The notes beneath the pieces were generated by a model that was not told the origin of the DNA, ran no database searches, and was given only the letters and a program-made list of their open reading frames with translations. The position numbers and the translations under genes were made by a program. Source: Candidatus Micrarchaeota archaeon (GTDB lineage: Archaea; Micrarchaeota; Micrarchaeia; Anstonellales; Bilamarchaeaceae). From it: a stretch of 57,271 nucleotides of DNA. The stretch lies in contig JBBSVO010000006.1 of NCBI GenBank assembly GCA_038046805.1, forward strand, positions 43,081-100,351, read 5' to 3'. Positions within the stretch are counted from its first letter, which is position 1. The number at the start of each line of letters is the position of its first letter. Shown piece after piece: positions 19,222-28,922 of the stretch.

Positions 19222-20157
19222 TTATTTCTCCAAATCTCTCACAAACCCTTCAATCTCTTTCAGCGCATCCTGTTGCTTCTCGTGCTTGTTGTAAATTTCG
19301 ATTATCTTACTCCCGACGATAACTCCATCTGCCCCTGCCTTCACGTACTCTTGTGCCTGCTCTTTTGTTGAGATTCCGAACCCTACGCACAAACGGTTGT
19401 TATTCTTGTTGCCATTCACAAATTGTGGGTCGGATACCCCGCTGCTTGCAGCGTCCACAATTTGTGAAGTAGTGACCGAATGAGCGCATACCCCACTGCT
19501 CACAGTGGGGACTCTTCGGTCACTTTGATTTCCCGCGAGCAAGCGGATTCTCTTTACGAATTCAGTGGATTCCGGACTTACTCCGTCCTTTGTTCCAGTC
19601 GTACCTGCACTTGAAACCAAATAGGTAAATGGCGCGTTCGTATTGCGGCTATTTTCAAGTATTTGTTCCGCCCGTTCGTTTGTTGTATTCGGCGCAATTA
19701 AATTGATTATTGAAATTCCGCACGATTCTGCGAGCTTCTCGAATTCCACGTCCTCGCCGAATGGCAAATCAGGAATGATGAGTCCTTGTACTCCGGTTTC
19801 TTTCATCCTTTTGAGAAACATCTCGCATCCGTACGCATAAATTATGTTGAAATACGTCATAAACACGAACGGCACTACTACGACTTTGTCCGTTCCGTTT
19901 GTTATGTCCGTAATCGTTCCGTTTGTATTTGTTCCGTTCTCGCGTAATCTCGCAACCATTTCAAATATCTGTTCGATAGTTGTTCCGTTCGCAAGCGAGC
20001 GGTTAGCTGCGGCCTGAATGGTTTTTCCGTCCGCAATCGGGTCTGAGAATGGAATTCCCAATTCAATTATATCGGAATGGGGCGCAAGTGTGCGGACTAA
20101 CTTCTCAGTAAATTCAATGGAAGGATCTCCGCAGCAGACGTATGGGATAAATATCAT
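19222..20157 (-). CDS. trpA: Tryptophan synthase alpha chain with two in-frame insertions
   Basis: [37 protein letters not shown]. Confidence 0.95.
   Translation of the reverse strand: MIFIPYVCCGDPSIEFTEKLVRTLAPHSDIIELGIPFSDPIADGKTIQAAANRSLANGTTIEQIFEMVARLRENGTNTNGTITDITNGTDKVVVVPFVFMTYFNIIYAYGCEMFLKRMKETGVQGLIIPDLPFGEDVEFEKLAESCGISIINLIAPNTTNERAEQILENSRNTNAPFTYLVSSAGTTGTKDGVSPESTEFVKRIRLLAGNQSDRRVPTVSSGVCAHSVTTSQIVDAASSGVSDPQFVNGNKNNNRLCVGFGISTKEQAQEYVKAGADGVIVGSKIIEIYNKHEKQQDALKEIEGFVRDLEK
19415..19524. repeat. Double-hairpin palindromic element inserted in-frame in trpA
   Basis: Perfect 14-bp inverted repeat 19415-19428/19455-19468 and 10-bp inverted repeat 19471-19480/19515-19524. Each encloses ATACCCC plus a short inner hairpin. 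Confidence 0.8.
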
Positions 20158-21377
20158 AACCCTGCGCCTCCGGATTCTATTTTCGCCACATGCTCCACGT
20201 CTTTATCTCCCCGCCCTGAAAGATTTACGATGATTATTGAGCCGCTTTCACACTGCGGAACGAGCTTCTTCAAATATGCAATCGCATGCGCACTCTCAAG
20301 TGCTGGAATTATGCCCTCAGTCTTTGCAAGAAGATGGAATCCATCCAATGCCTCTGCATCTGTTATGGAAACGTATTCCGCTCGCTTCAACTCATGCAAT
20401 TGTGAATGTTCCGGACCAATCGCAGGATAATCCAAACCAGCAGAGATAGAGTGTGTTCCGCGTATTTGTCCGTCGCGGTTCTGTAATACGTATGTAAGAG
20501 TCCCGTGGAGTACGCCTTTTTTCCCATCACCACTTATCCTTGCAGCATGTTTTCCGCTTTCAATCCCTTTTCCTCCTGCTTCAACTCCGATCATGCGTAC
20601 GTTCGGCTCACCAACAAATCCGGAAAACAATCCTATCGCATTGCTCCCGCCACCAACGCATGCGACAAGCGTATCAGGAAGTCTTCCTTCTGCCTCAAGA
20701 ATCTGTTTTCTTGCCTCTGTTCCTATCACGCTTTGGAAATGTTTTACGATTGTTGGATAAGGGTGCGGTCCAAGAGCAGAACCGAGAAGGTAGTGAGTAT
20801 CCTTGAAATTCGTTGCGTAATCCCGCAATGCTTCGTTTATCGCGTCCTTTAATGTTTGTGTTCCGCTTTCAACTATTCGCACATTTGCTCCGAGCAGTTT
20901 CATACGATAGACGTTCAGTCTTTGCCTTTCTGCATCTTCCTTGCCCATATAAACATCGCATTCCAGTCCAAATAATGCGGCGGCAGTAGCTGTCGCAACT
21001 CCATGCTGACCCGCGCCTGTTTCAGCAATAACCCGTTTCTTTCCCATGGCCTTTGCAAGCAATGCCTGTCCTATTGTGTTGTTTATCTTATGTGCGCCAG
21101 TGTGCAGCAAATCCTCGCGTTTGAGGTAAATGCGGATGTCGTGGCCTTCACTTCCATTTCCCGTGAGTTTGCGGCTCAAATTCTTTGCATAATAAAGAGG
21201 AGTTGGCCTTCCAGCATATTCCGTCAGGTAGTAATTCAGTTTTTCGTTAAAGTGCGAATCATTTTTCAGTTTTTCAAATGACTGTTCGAGTTCTTGCAAT
21301 ACTGGAACTAACAGTTCGGAAACGTACGTTCCGCCGAATTCTCCGAATCTTCCAGTACGTGGGTTGGTGTCGCTCAT
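20154..21377 (-). CDS. trpB: Tryptophan synthase beta chain (TrpB1 type)
   Basis: [46 protein letters not shown]. Confidence 0.98.
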   Translation of the reverse strand: MSDTNPRTGRFGEFGGTYVSELLVPVLQELEQSFEKLKNDSHFNEKLNYYLTEYAGRPTPLYYAKNLSRKLTGNGSEGHDIRIYLKREDLLHTGAHKINNTIGQALLAKAMGKKRVIAETGAGQHGVATATAAALFGLECDVYMGKEDAERQRLNVYRMKLLGANVRIVESGTQTLKDAINEALRDYATNFKDTHYLLGSALGPHPYPTIVKHFQSVIGTEARKQILEAEGRLPDTLVACVGGGSNAIGLFSGFVGEPNVRMIGVEAGGKGIESGKHAARISGDGKKGVLHGTLTYVLQNRDGQIRGTHSISAGLDYPAIGPEHSQLHELKRAEYVSITDAEALDGFHLLAKTEGIIPALESAHAIAYLKKLVPQCESGSIIIVNLSGRGDKDVEHVAKIESGGAGL

Positions 21378-22171
21378 CTCAATCTAAGCTCCGTTACCTT
21401 ATCCCGTAAATTATCTGCTTTCCATATTGCGGTTCCAACTAAAATTCCATTCACTCCGCACGCCCGCACGAATTCCGCATCACTTTTTGTTTTTATTCCG
21501 CTTTCGCTGATTACTGGTTTGTTTATTGTTCCGCTTTGCGTGCGGGTTTCGTCCAATATCTGTTTCGTGCGGTTCAAATCAACTTTCAACGTCCGCAAAT
21601 CGCGGTTATTTATTCCGAGAATATCCGCATTTGTTTCGTTTGCGCGCTTCATTTCATCTGAGTCGTAGCATTCAAGTAGCACTTCAAGCCCGTGTTCGTG
21701 TGCCGCTTCGATTAGTTTGTTTATGTCTAATCCAAGCCTATCCGCGACCTTCATAACAAGAAGAATACAATCCGCTCCGTAATAAGCCGCGGCATTTATC
21801 TGTTCTGTGGAAATCACAAAATCCTTGAATAGTACTGGGAGTTCGGGAGCCGCGCCCTTCACCATTGGAATATTTCCCAGGTTTCCTTTGAATATTTGCG
21901 GTTCAACTACAACCGAAACCGCATCAGCCCCACATTCCATGAAATCCCGCGCGGTTTTCTCCACGTCAATATTGTCAAAAGAATATTCGCCTGCCGGAGA
22001 GGCGTGCTTTATTTCCGCGATAAGGCTAAACAATTGCGAGAGAAGTTTTTGTTTTACTGAAACGCGAGCGGAATTTTTGTTTGTTTTTGTTCCGCTAATC
22101 GCATAATAACCATTCGCAACGTTTTCTTTTGCCTTTTCAATGAATGTATCAAGAATGTCTGTTTCGGTCAT
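21374..22171 (-). CDS. trpC: Indole-3-glycerol phosphate synthase
   Basis: [25 protein letters not shown]; no TrpF domain. Confidence 0.95.
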   Translation of the reverse strand: MTETDILDTFIEKAKENVANGYYAISGTKTNKNSARVSVKQKLLSQLFSLIAEIKHASPAGEYSFDNIDVEKTARDFMECGADAVSVVVEPQIFKGNLGNIPMVKGAAPELPVLFKDFVISTEQINAAAYYGADCILLVMKVADRLGLDINKLIEAAHEHGLEVLLECYDSDEMKRANETNADILGINNRDLRTLKVDLNRTKQILDETRTQSGTINKPVISESGIKTKSDAEFVRACGVNGILVGTAIWKADNLRDKVTELRLR

Positions 22172-23190
22172 GATACTCGCCTCAGTTCATCAAGCTTTGC
22201 TAACACTTTACCTGAATCAATCGCTTTCTCAGCGAACGTTATTCCCTGTTGAATGCTTGATGCAATTCCGCTAACATAAAGCGCAGCCCCGGCATTGAGA
22301 AGAACGATATCGCGAGCGGAACTTCTGTTCTTTCCATTCAGCACGTTCAAAATCATAGCCGCACTTTCTTTCCTATCCGCAACAACCAATTCTGAAATAT
22401 CTGCACGTTTGAATCCGAAATCTTCCGGGGAAACGGAATAATTTTTTATTGTTCCGCTTTTGTTAAGCTCGGATATTTCCGTTTCTGCGCTTATGCCAAT
22501 CTCATCCGTATCGCTGGAAACAATAAGCGCATGCTCAGTTCCAAGAATACGTAAAGCCTCAGCCATTTTCCCTGCAGTTTCCCTGTCAAAAACCCCGATA
22601 ACCTGCCTTTTTACATTCGCAGGGTTGGCAAGCGGGCCAAGAATATTGAAAACCGTGCGAAAGCCGAGCTCTTTGCGTATTGACGCAACGTTTTTCATCG
22701 CTGGATGGAATGCTGGGGCAAAAAGGAATGCGAATCCATGCGTTTCAATCATTCGTTCCGCATCGTGCGGCTCTACAGTAATCTTAATTCCGAGTTCCTC
22801 AAGCACGTCAGCGCTTCCTGTTTTGCTGGATGACGCACGATTCCCGTGCTTTGCAACCTTTGCTCCGCACGCAGATGCAACAATCGCTGCGCATGTGGAA
22901 ATATTGAATGTTCCGCGTCCATCCCCGCCAGTTCCGCAGGTATCAATGAGGTGGCCTGCCGTCGCTTTCGGACTAATTGAAATCATATTTTTCCGCATCG
23001 CAAGCGCGAACGCGGCGATTTCTTCCGAGGTTTCCCCCTTTATTTTAAGTGCAGTAAGAAATGATGCAACCTGGGCGTTCGGAACAGCACCAGTAATTAT
23101 CGCGTTCATTGCGGATTCGGCTTCAACTGCGTCTAGAGTCTTGAGTCTTGCGTCTAGAAGTTTTGCCAGTATTTGTGAAAATTCAGCCAT
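22168..23190 (-). CDS. trpD: Anthranilate phosphoribosyltransferase
   Basis: DTCGTGGDG, NIST, KHGNR, GSADVLE, FNILGPL. Confidence 0.97.
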   Translation of the reverse strand: MAEFSQILAKLLDARLKTLDAVEAESAMNAIITGAVPNAQVASFLTALKIKGETSEEIAAFALAMRKNMISISPKATAGHLIDTCGTGGDGRGTFNISTCAAIVASACGAKVAKHGNRASSSKTGSADVLEELGIKITVEPHDAERMIETHGFAFLFAPAFHPAMKNVASIRKELGFRTVFNILGPLANPANVKRQVIGVFDRETAGKMAEALRILGTEHALIVSSDTDEIGISAETEISELNKSGTIKNYSVSPEDFGFKRADISELVVADRKESAAMILNVLNGKNRSSARDIVLLNAGAALYVSGIASSIQQGITFAEKAIDSGKVLAKLDELRRVS

Positions 23191-23833
23191 CGATTCCGCC
23201 TCCTCTTGCCCGCGCTTCGGCAATATTGCAAAAATTCTCAAGGATCTTCTTTCCTTCATCGGTCATTATTGACTCCGGATGGAATTGCACTCCGAAAATA
23301 GGAATGGTTTTGTGTTTAATCGCCATTATCGCATTGTCATCAGTGCTTCGTGCGGTTATAGACAAGCAATTCGGAAACGAGTCGTTATCGCCAACAAGGG
23401 AATGATACCGCATAACCTTTAGCGGACTCACAATACCTTCAAATAATCCGTTTGCGTTATGCTTGATCTCGCTTGTTTTCCCATGCATAGGCTTTTCCGC
23501 GCGGATTATCTTTCCGCCAAACACGGAAATTATCCCCTGATGGCCTAGACAAACCCCGAGAATCGGAGTGCGGCTCTCCATATCCGCAAATTCGCCAATT
23601 ACTTTTCCACATACTCCAAAATCCCGCTCGTTTGTAGGATCCCCAGGACCTGGAGAAAGAATAATCGCATCATAGTTCGCAGCGCGGATTTGCTCAATCG
23701 TAATTGCGTTATTCCGCACGACATCCACAGAATGCCCAAGCTCGCCAAGATACTGGTAAATATTATACACGAACGAGTCAAAGTTATCGATTAGTAGAAG
23801 CTTCAACTTTCTCTCCGGATTCTCAGAGCTCAT
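23183..23833 (-). CDS. trpG: Anthranilate synthase component II
   Basis: IDNFDSF, SPGPG, GVCLGHQ, RYHSL, QFHPES. Confidence 0.97.
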   Translation of the reverse strand: MSSENPERKLKLLLIDNFDSFVYNIYQYLGELGHSVDVVRNNAITIEQIRAANYDAIILSPGPGDPTNERDFGVCGKVIGEFADMESRTPILGVCLGHQGIISVFGGKIIRAEKPMHGKTSEIKHNANGLFEGIVSPLKVMRYHSLVGDNDSFPNCLSITARSTDDNAIMAIKHKTIPIFGVQFHPESIMTDEGKKILENFCNIAEARARGGGIDG

Positions 23834-25272
23834 TATCTCCTCCCCCCGTTTAATGCTGCCTCGTATTTCTCAACCCCTATTGCCTGCAATAATGCGCGTG
23901 CCTTTCCTTCTGTCTCGTCAAATTCTTTCTCAGGAACGCTATCATAAACTATTCCTGCTCCTGTTTGAATGTACGCACTTCCCTTTCTCGCAAACAGCGT
24001 CCTTATCCCAATAGCAAAATCCGCATTTCCATTAGCAGAGAAATAACCAACTGCGCCAGCATAAGGCCCGCGTTTTGTTCCCTCGAGTTTGTCAATAATC
24101 TCAATTGCGCGCACTTTTGGTGCACCAGACACAGTTCCGGCAGGAAATATTGAGCTAAACGCGTCAAAAGAATCCTTTCCGTCCGCCAATCTGCCCGTAA
24201 CTACCGAAGCGATATGCTGAACATCAGAATACTTGTGCACTGACATGAATTCCGGGACTTTCACTGTTCCGGGCACGCTAATCTTTCCAATATCGTTCCG
24301 CGTCAAATCCACGAGCATAAGGTGTTCTGCCCGTTCCTTCTCATCGTTAAGCAGTTCGGTCTCGAGTCTAGTATCTTCTGTTTCGGTTTTGCCGCGTGGT
24401 CTTGTTCCTGCAAGCGTTGCATAGCTGGTTAATTCGCGCCCTTCCACGCGAATTAAGTTCTCCGGGCTTGAACCGATTACCTCGCGTTCACCGAACTTAA
24501 TGTAGAACATATACGGAGATGGGTTTGTTGCCTTCAGCTTCCGATAAAATGGCATCATGCTGCCAGCATATCGTATCTCATAGCGTTTGGATAGAACTGT
24601 TTGGAAAATGTCGCCAGCGCGGATATGTTCTTTAGCTTCCTCAACCATCTTGCAAAATCTCTCCTTAGAAACATTGCATTTCTTGTTGAACATTTCAAAT
24701 CGTTTTGTCTCAAAACTCGAATCGCGGATATATTGCTTTATTTCATTCAGCCTGCCACCATCGTTTCCATAATACAGATATCTTATACTTCCGTTCTTGT
24801 GGTCATAGACTATTGCATCATCAAAAATCCCGAATTCAAAATCAGGAAAACTAATTTCATCTTTCAACTGCGTTCGGAATTCTTCCACGTACCTGATATA
24901 GTCAAACGAGAAATAGCCGACTGCTCCGCCAAGGAATCCAGGCGTATTGAGCGTATTTGTTCCGATTTGTTTTTTTAGTTCAGAAAGCGGATTATTATTT
25001 TTGATTTCGTATTCCGAATTTCCAGTAGTTCCGTCCGTATTTCCTTCTATATTTATTATTCCGTTCTTTAGCCTAATGTGCTTTTTAGGAGAGAATCCAA
25101 GAAAAGAGAATCGCGCGAGCTTTTCCGCGCCTTCGCTGCTTTCAAGAAGAAATGCATTTTCACAATGTTCTGATAGCACTGAAAACATGTCTGTTGGGGA
25201 TATTTGTAGCTCTAGGGTAGTCGAATGCGGAGTCTGGCCAAAGTAAATCCCTTTCCTGTTCCATGTTTTCAC
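23833..25272 (-). CDS. trpE: Anthranilate synthase component I
   Basis: FLLES, NPSPYM, EHLMLVDL, PAGTVSGAPK; GTG start is uncertain. Confidence 0.95.
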   Translation of the reverse strand: MKTWNRKGIYFGQTPHSTTLELQISPTDMFSVLSEHCENAFLLESSEGAEKLARFSFLGFSPKKHIRLKNGIINIEGNTDGTTGNSEYEIKNNNPLSELKKQIGTNTLNTPGFLGGAVGYFSFDYIRYVEEFRTQLKDEISFPDFEFGIFDDAIVYDHKNGSIRYLYYGNDGGRLNEIKQYIRDSSFETKRFEMFNKKCNVSKERFCKMVEEAKEHIRAGDIFQTVLSKRYEIRYAGSMMPFYRKLKATNPSPYMFYIKFGEREVIGSSPENLIRVEGRELTSYATLAGTRPRGKTETEDTRLETELLNDEKERAEHLMLVDLTRNDIGKISVPGTVKVPEFMSVHKYSDVQHIASVVTGRLADGKDSFDAFSSIFPAGTVSGAPKVRAIEIIDKLEGTKRGPYAGAVGYFSANGNADFAIGIRTLFARKGSAYIQTGAGIVYDSVPEKEFDETEGKARALLQAIGVEKYEAALNGGRR

Positions 25273-25281
25273 CTGTTCGAG

Positions 25282-25325
25282 TGTAATTGTTTGTAACCCG
25301 TTCTGCGACTTTGTATGTATTTAAA
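25282..25325 (-). promoter_or_regulatory. trpE promoter (TATA) with a degenerate TRP-box pair
   Basis: TTTAAATA at 25325-25318 on the minus strand; TGTAAT-N4-TGTAAC at 25282-25297 on the plus strand. Confidence 0.45.
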
Positions 25326-25614
25326 CGTTTGTGGATAGAAGTATACATTATTCTCTTTATTTTATTTAATCTGCATGGTACTCTGATGATTTATATTTTG
25401 CAACATGCTCCACGTTCGTATCCCCGCATCCGGAAAGATTTACAATTATCTTGGTCATATAAACCGATTACGTGACAAATATCAACCTCGTTAAAGCATG
25501 CTAACTCCATTTTTTCACAGAAATAATGCGATTTAACGCCATTATCCTGAAGAAAACATTGAAAAAACTGGAGTTGACTGATTTCATAATTTTTTCCAGT
25601 CTCTGTTAGCGATA

Positions 25615-25644
25615 CTTTTAAACATCAATGTACTAAACTATACA
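25615..25644 (+). promoter_or_regulatory. trpY promoter with a TRP-box pair
   Basis: CTTTTAAA box, then TGTACT-AAAC-TATACA (25629-25644) immediately before the ATG. Matches the TGTACA-N4-TGTACA TrpY operator known from Methanothermobacter. Confidence 0.6.
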
Positions 25645-25645
25645 T

Positions 25646-26146
25646 ATGCTAAACCTCCTCGAAGAATTTTTTGCCCATGCGCGCGGAAGAAAGCAGGTTG
25701 CAACCGAGCTGTTGCGCCGTGGGTTCAAGGTAGACGGAAAAGGAAAGATTTATGCCGGTGCGATAGAGCTTCCGCCAGCCAAAATCGGGCGAGCGATTGG
25801 AGTGGATCGCCGCGTCGTGATCGAAACCGCGCGCGCAATTGCAGCAGATGATAAACTAATTCAAATTTTCTATAGGCTTGAGCCGCGTGCATTCCTTGGA
25901 AATGCGGCAAAAGAGCTCGGATTTGATGTCATAGAAATCCGGGCGGATCCGAAAAAGAAAGGGATTGTTGCGGCAGTAACAAAGGCACTGGCAGACAATA
26001 AGGTGAATATAAGACAGATAATAACCGATGACCCGGATTTGTTTCCTGACCCGGTGCTAACGATCATAATTGACGGCAAACTAGGCGCGGGAGTAATAAA
26101 GAAGCTAAAGGAAATGGATTTCGCGGAGAGCGTGATGATACGGTAG
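25646..26146 (+). CDS. trpY: TrpY-family regulator (HTH + ACT)
   Basis: GKIY...IGRAIGVDRRVV...GFDVIEI...IRQ...DPDL...LTII, as in TrpY/COG2150; divergent from trpE. Confidence 0.8.
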   Translation: MLNLLEEFFAHARGRKQVATELLRRGFKVDGKGKIYAGAIELPPAKIGRAIGVDRRVVIETARAIAADDKLIQIFYRLEPRAFLGNAAKELGFDVIEIRADPKKKGIVAAVTKALADNKVNIRQIITDDPDLFPDPVLTIIIDGKLGAGVIKKLKEMDFAESVMIR

Positions 26147-26229
26147 AATAGAATTGCCGGGAACGATTTAAATCCTCACACTTGGTGTGTTAGGTAATGT
26201 ATTTTTAAGCAGAGTATACTAGAATATTA

Positions 26230-27060
26230 ATGATACAAATGAATTTTGCTAAAGCTTTTCCACATGTGCGTGTCGGTTCTGAAGAATACCGTGCAATCAT
26301 AAGCAAATTAAAGGATTATGTACAGCTGGAATTGGGCGGACTTTCTAAACATGGGATTGGTTGGTTGTGCGGTAGGAACTTGGCCACAATGCCGTCAAAC
26401 AATAGAATAGATTTAACTAGAGAAGTGAGGTCGCGCATTGAACAAAACCCTGGTCGTTCAGTTAAAATATTTGAAGTGGGATGTGGAAAAGGGCACACAC
26501 TTAGAACTCTGAAAACTTTGTTTGGGGATAGCGTACATGTAGATGGAATAACTTTGACAAGAAAGGCAGCCGATTATGCGGCTGGAAAATTTGACGCTCC
26601 GGACGTATATGACGTGTTAAGTGAAGTGTTTGTGTTGGTTCCTACTAATGGTCCAAAGATCACAAGGATTGAACCTGTGGATGTAAGAGTTGGGCTTATA
26701 GAAGGTACGGAGTTTCATGACCAAGATATTATCTTTTCTTTTGAAGCACTGAGATATGTATTTGACCAGGCGAGAGCTTTGGAAAAAATTATAAATGGAT
26801 TGGCAAATGAAGGAGTAGCAATTCTCGAAGTCCCAGTAACTTTTCTAGAAGAGAGCCTCAATATACGCGAATATCTTGAAAGCTGTGGCATACACTTTGA
26901 AATGGGAAGAATTAGAGTTAGCGTACTTGGTTTACTTGGAAAAGTAGAACAACAATTTATAATAATCCGGAGAGAATCTGATACAATTGTAGATTTGTCT
27001 CAATTTTATAGAATAAGAACAGAAGAAGCATACCAACACCCAGTTGATACCGGAAGATAG
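26230..27060 (+). CDS. Class I SAM-dependent methyltransferase
   Basis: IFEVGCGKG motif I, DGITL, DIIFS, NGLANEG. Confidence 0.7.
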   Translation: MIQMNFAKAFPHVRVGSEEYRAIISKLKDYVQLELGGLSKHGIGWLCGRNLATMPSNNRIDLTREVRSRIEQNPGRSVKIFEVGCGKGHTLRTLKTLFGDSVHVDGITLTRKAADYAAGKFDAPDVYDVLSEVFVLVPTNGPKITRIEPVDVRVGLIEGTEFHDQDIIFSFEALRYVFDQARALEKIINGLANEGVAILEVPVTFLEESLNIREYLESCGIHFEMGRIRVSVLGLLGKVEQQFIIIRRESDTIVDLSQFYRIRTEEAYQHPVDTGR

Positions 27061-27078
27061 TGTCGTTCCATTCCTTGG

Positions 27079-28626
27079 TCACTTTGATTTCCCAATCGAA
27101 AATATCCCCAATTCCAACCCTTTCCCCTCATCCAATTCCTTATTTACATAATCCAGCAGTATCTTCCTTATCCGCAAATATTCTTCCCGCCCAACCTCGG
27201 TATTCCCAATCGCATAACGCAGGCTTTTGGCATTAAAACAGAACATACAATTATCCAGATTCTCGGAATTATGGCAGAAATAGGAATTGCGCACATGATT
27301 AGAGCTATCAACCTCAAAACATCCCATCACATCCGCAACATCATAGCAGTTTATACAGAATTGGGAATTTAAAATCTGGAAATGGCTACCAAATATATAT
27401 TCGGAGTACACTGCCGCAGAGGTGTACGCGGAATTCTTTCCATGGGGTGCATCCCATACGCGATAAGTATTGACTGCAGTAAATGAAGACGGTGTTTCAA
27501 TTACGTTATCATTAATCCCATCTATGAATTCAAACGTAAAATATGCAACTCTGGCAACGCGTTCCATCAGTTCGGTTATGGTTGGAGTTTCCCCATCCTT
27601 TATCTCGATGGACTTACTCGCGGATTTCAGCGCCTCATCCAATGTAACGATCCGCGCGGGAGAAATATCGCAAACAATCGGCAGATCATCAATCATGTAT
27701 GCTGGAGTTCCGAACGCACCCTGAATTCTCCGGACTTTTATCACATATTTCAAGAGCCAGTTTCCGTAATCTGCAATATTATGGCGCTCCTTTCCAAAAA
27801 CGAGATTTGATGTTTTTCCGAATGCCTGCTCAACCTTGTCAGGAACCTTTGCTATTTCTACCGTTCGTTCTTTTGCTTTGCCATTTTCACTATGAACCGA
27901 TATGTCTGCAATAGAAAAAATCCTCTTTTTTCTTTTTAGAACATCTGCTATTTCAGAAATCAATTTTTTCTTTAATTCCCCGTATCGTTCTTTTGGCAGC
28001 TGGAGATTTCCGATTACGTTCCGCTTTGAGCGAAGATTGAATGCGAATATGCTATCTGATACCCCGGAACAGTTGAAGCCATAGTAAACGTCGGAAAGAT
28101 TTGTTGAGTAATAGCTTTCAAAACAGCGTGTAAGACCAATTCCCTCAATGCTGCGCATAGCATATTTCGAATTTGGAAATCCGCTAAGCCCGAAAACAAA
28201 CTCGGAATCCCGTTGATAGGAAAGATGCGCACCATATCTCACGTTATAAGTTCTGTGCGAATCCGATACGTAAAAGCAGTTGGTGCAGTTATCAACCGCG
28301 GAAACAAACTCATTTTTTCCGAATAATTTATTTCCGCAATAGATTACCCGTTCGCTGACCGCACCCAGAAGCGAATCAATGTCTTTAATCTCATTCACAT
28401 CGAGCGGCTCAAATTTAACAGAATTTATCTCGTCCTGTGAAATGAATTTCGCATCTGGAGGATAAAACGGAAGTGAAACAATAACGTCCTTTCCCGAAAC
28501 TGCGGACTTTTTCGTTTGATAAGGAAGCCGAATCTCTTCAAGATACTCGCGAAACTCGTTCAGCTGTCCTATTTCCTGGCCGAAAAGGACTTTTGATACG
28601 GATTGGAATGCGGATTCGAGATCCAT
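27079..28626 (-). CDS. Cys/aromatic-rich repeat protein built from two tandem copies of one domain
   Basis: The two halves align (AFQSVSKVLFG / AFGKTSNLVFG; FAFNLRSKRNVIGN / FCFNAKSLRYAIGN); short CxxC and SxxxY periodic repeats. Confidence 0.75.
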   Translation of the reverse strand: MDLESAFQSVSKVLFGQEIGQLNEFREYLEEIRLPYQTKKSAVSGKDVIVSLPFYPPDAKFISQDEINSVKFEPLDVNEIKDIDSLLGAVSERVIYCGNKLFGKNEFVSAVDNCTNCFYVSDSHRTYNVRYGAHLSYQRDSEFVFGLSGFPNSKYAMRSIEGIGLTRCFESYYSTNLSDVYYGFNCSGVSDSIFAFNLRSKRNVIGNLQLPKERYGELKKKLISEIADVLKRKKRIFSIADISVHSENGKAKERTVEIAKVPDKVEQAFGKTSNLVFGKERHNIADYGNWLLKYVIKVRRIQGAFGTPAYMIDDLPIVCDISPARIVTLDEALKSASKSIEIKDGETPTITELMERVARVAYFTFEFIDGINDNVIETPSSFTAVNTYRVWDAPHGKNSAYTSAAVYSEYIFGSHFQILNSQFCINCYDVADVMGCFEVDSSNHVRNSYFCHNSENLDNCMFCFNAKSLRYAIGNTEVGREEYLRIRKILLDYVNKELDEGKGLELGIFSIGKSK

Positions 28627-28713
28627 AATAAGCTATACAATACCTAAATTTTAGTTCTTTGCGCCTCACGCCATTTTTAATTCCTTTCCGCTTATACGTT
28701 CTTTCCTATAGTT

Positions 28714-28866
28714 GGGCTCATAGCTCAGAAGCAGAGCGCCTGATTCGCAGAAGCTTTTTGACTTCTGAAGCATAAGGGCAAAAACCTTGGAAAAAGCCCT
28801 TAAGCAGCAATGTCAAAATATTTTCGAGAATTCAGGAGGCCGAGGGTGCGAGTCCCTCTGAGTCCA
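28714..28866 (+). tRNA. tRNA-Ala(CGC) with an 81-nt canonical 37/38 intron (28750-28830)
   Basis: Acceptor stem GGGCTCA/TGAGTCC with G3:U70 and A73; anticodon stem CCTGA/TCAGG; BHB TTCG/CGAG with CAG and AAT bulges. Confidence 0.9.
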
Positions 28867-28922
28867 CTATATTTAAAATCTCTCTCAATCCAATACCTGC
28901 ATAACTCCACAGCGATGATTCT

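Noticed and set aside
19400..19545. trpA insertion as a BHB mRNA intron
   Set aside because: The only BHB-like pairing found (TTGC/GCAA) would shift the frame if spliced; the insert is already in frame.
22460..23272. Long antisense ORFs over trpD and other enzymes (for example 52455-53090, 48936-49562)
   Set aside because: Shadow frames of well-supported genes on the opposite strand.
25501..25587. Minus-strand ORF MKSVNSSFFNVFFRIMALNRIISVKKWS as a possible trp leader peptide
   Set aside because: It has only one Trp codon, and a separate TATA box lies just upstream of trpE; TrpY already explains regulation.
25390..25625. About 70-codon open stretch on the minus strand between trpE and trpY
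   Set aside because: No start codon at its 5' end and no recognisable motif; could be a decayed gene but unsupported.
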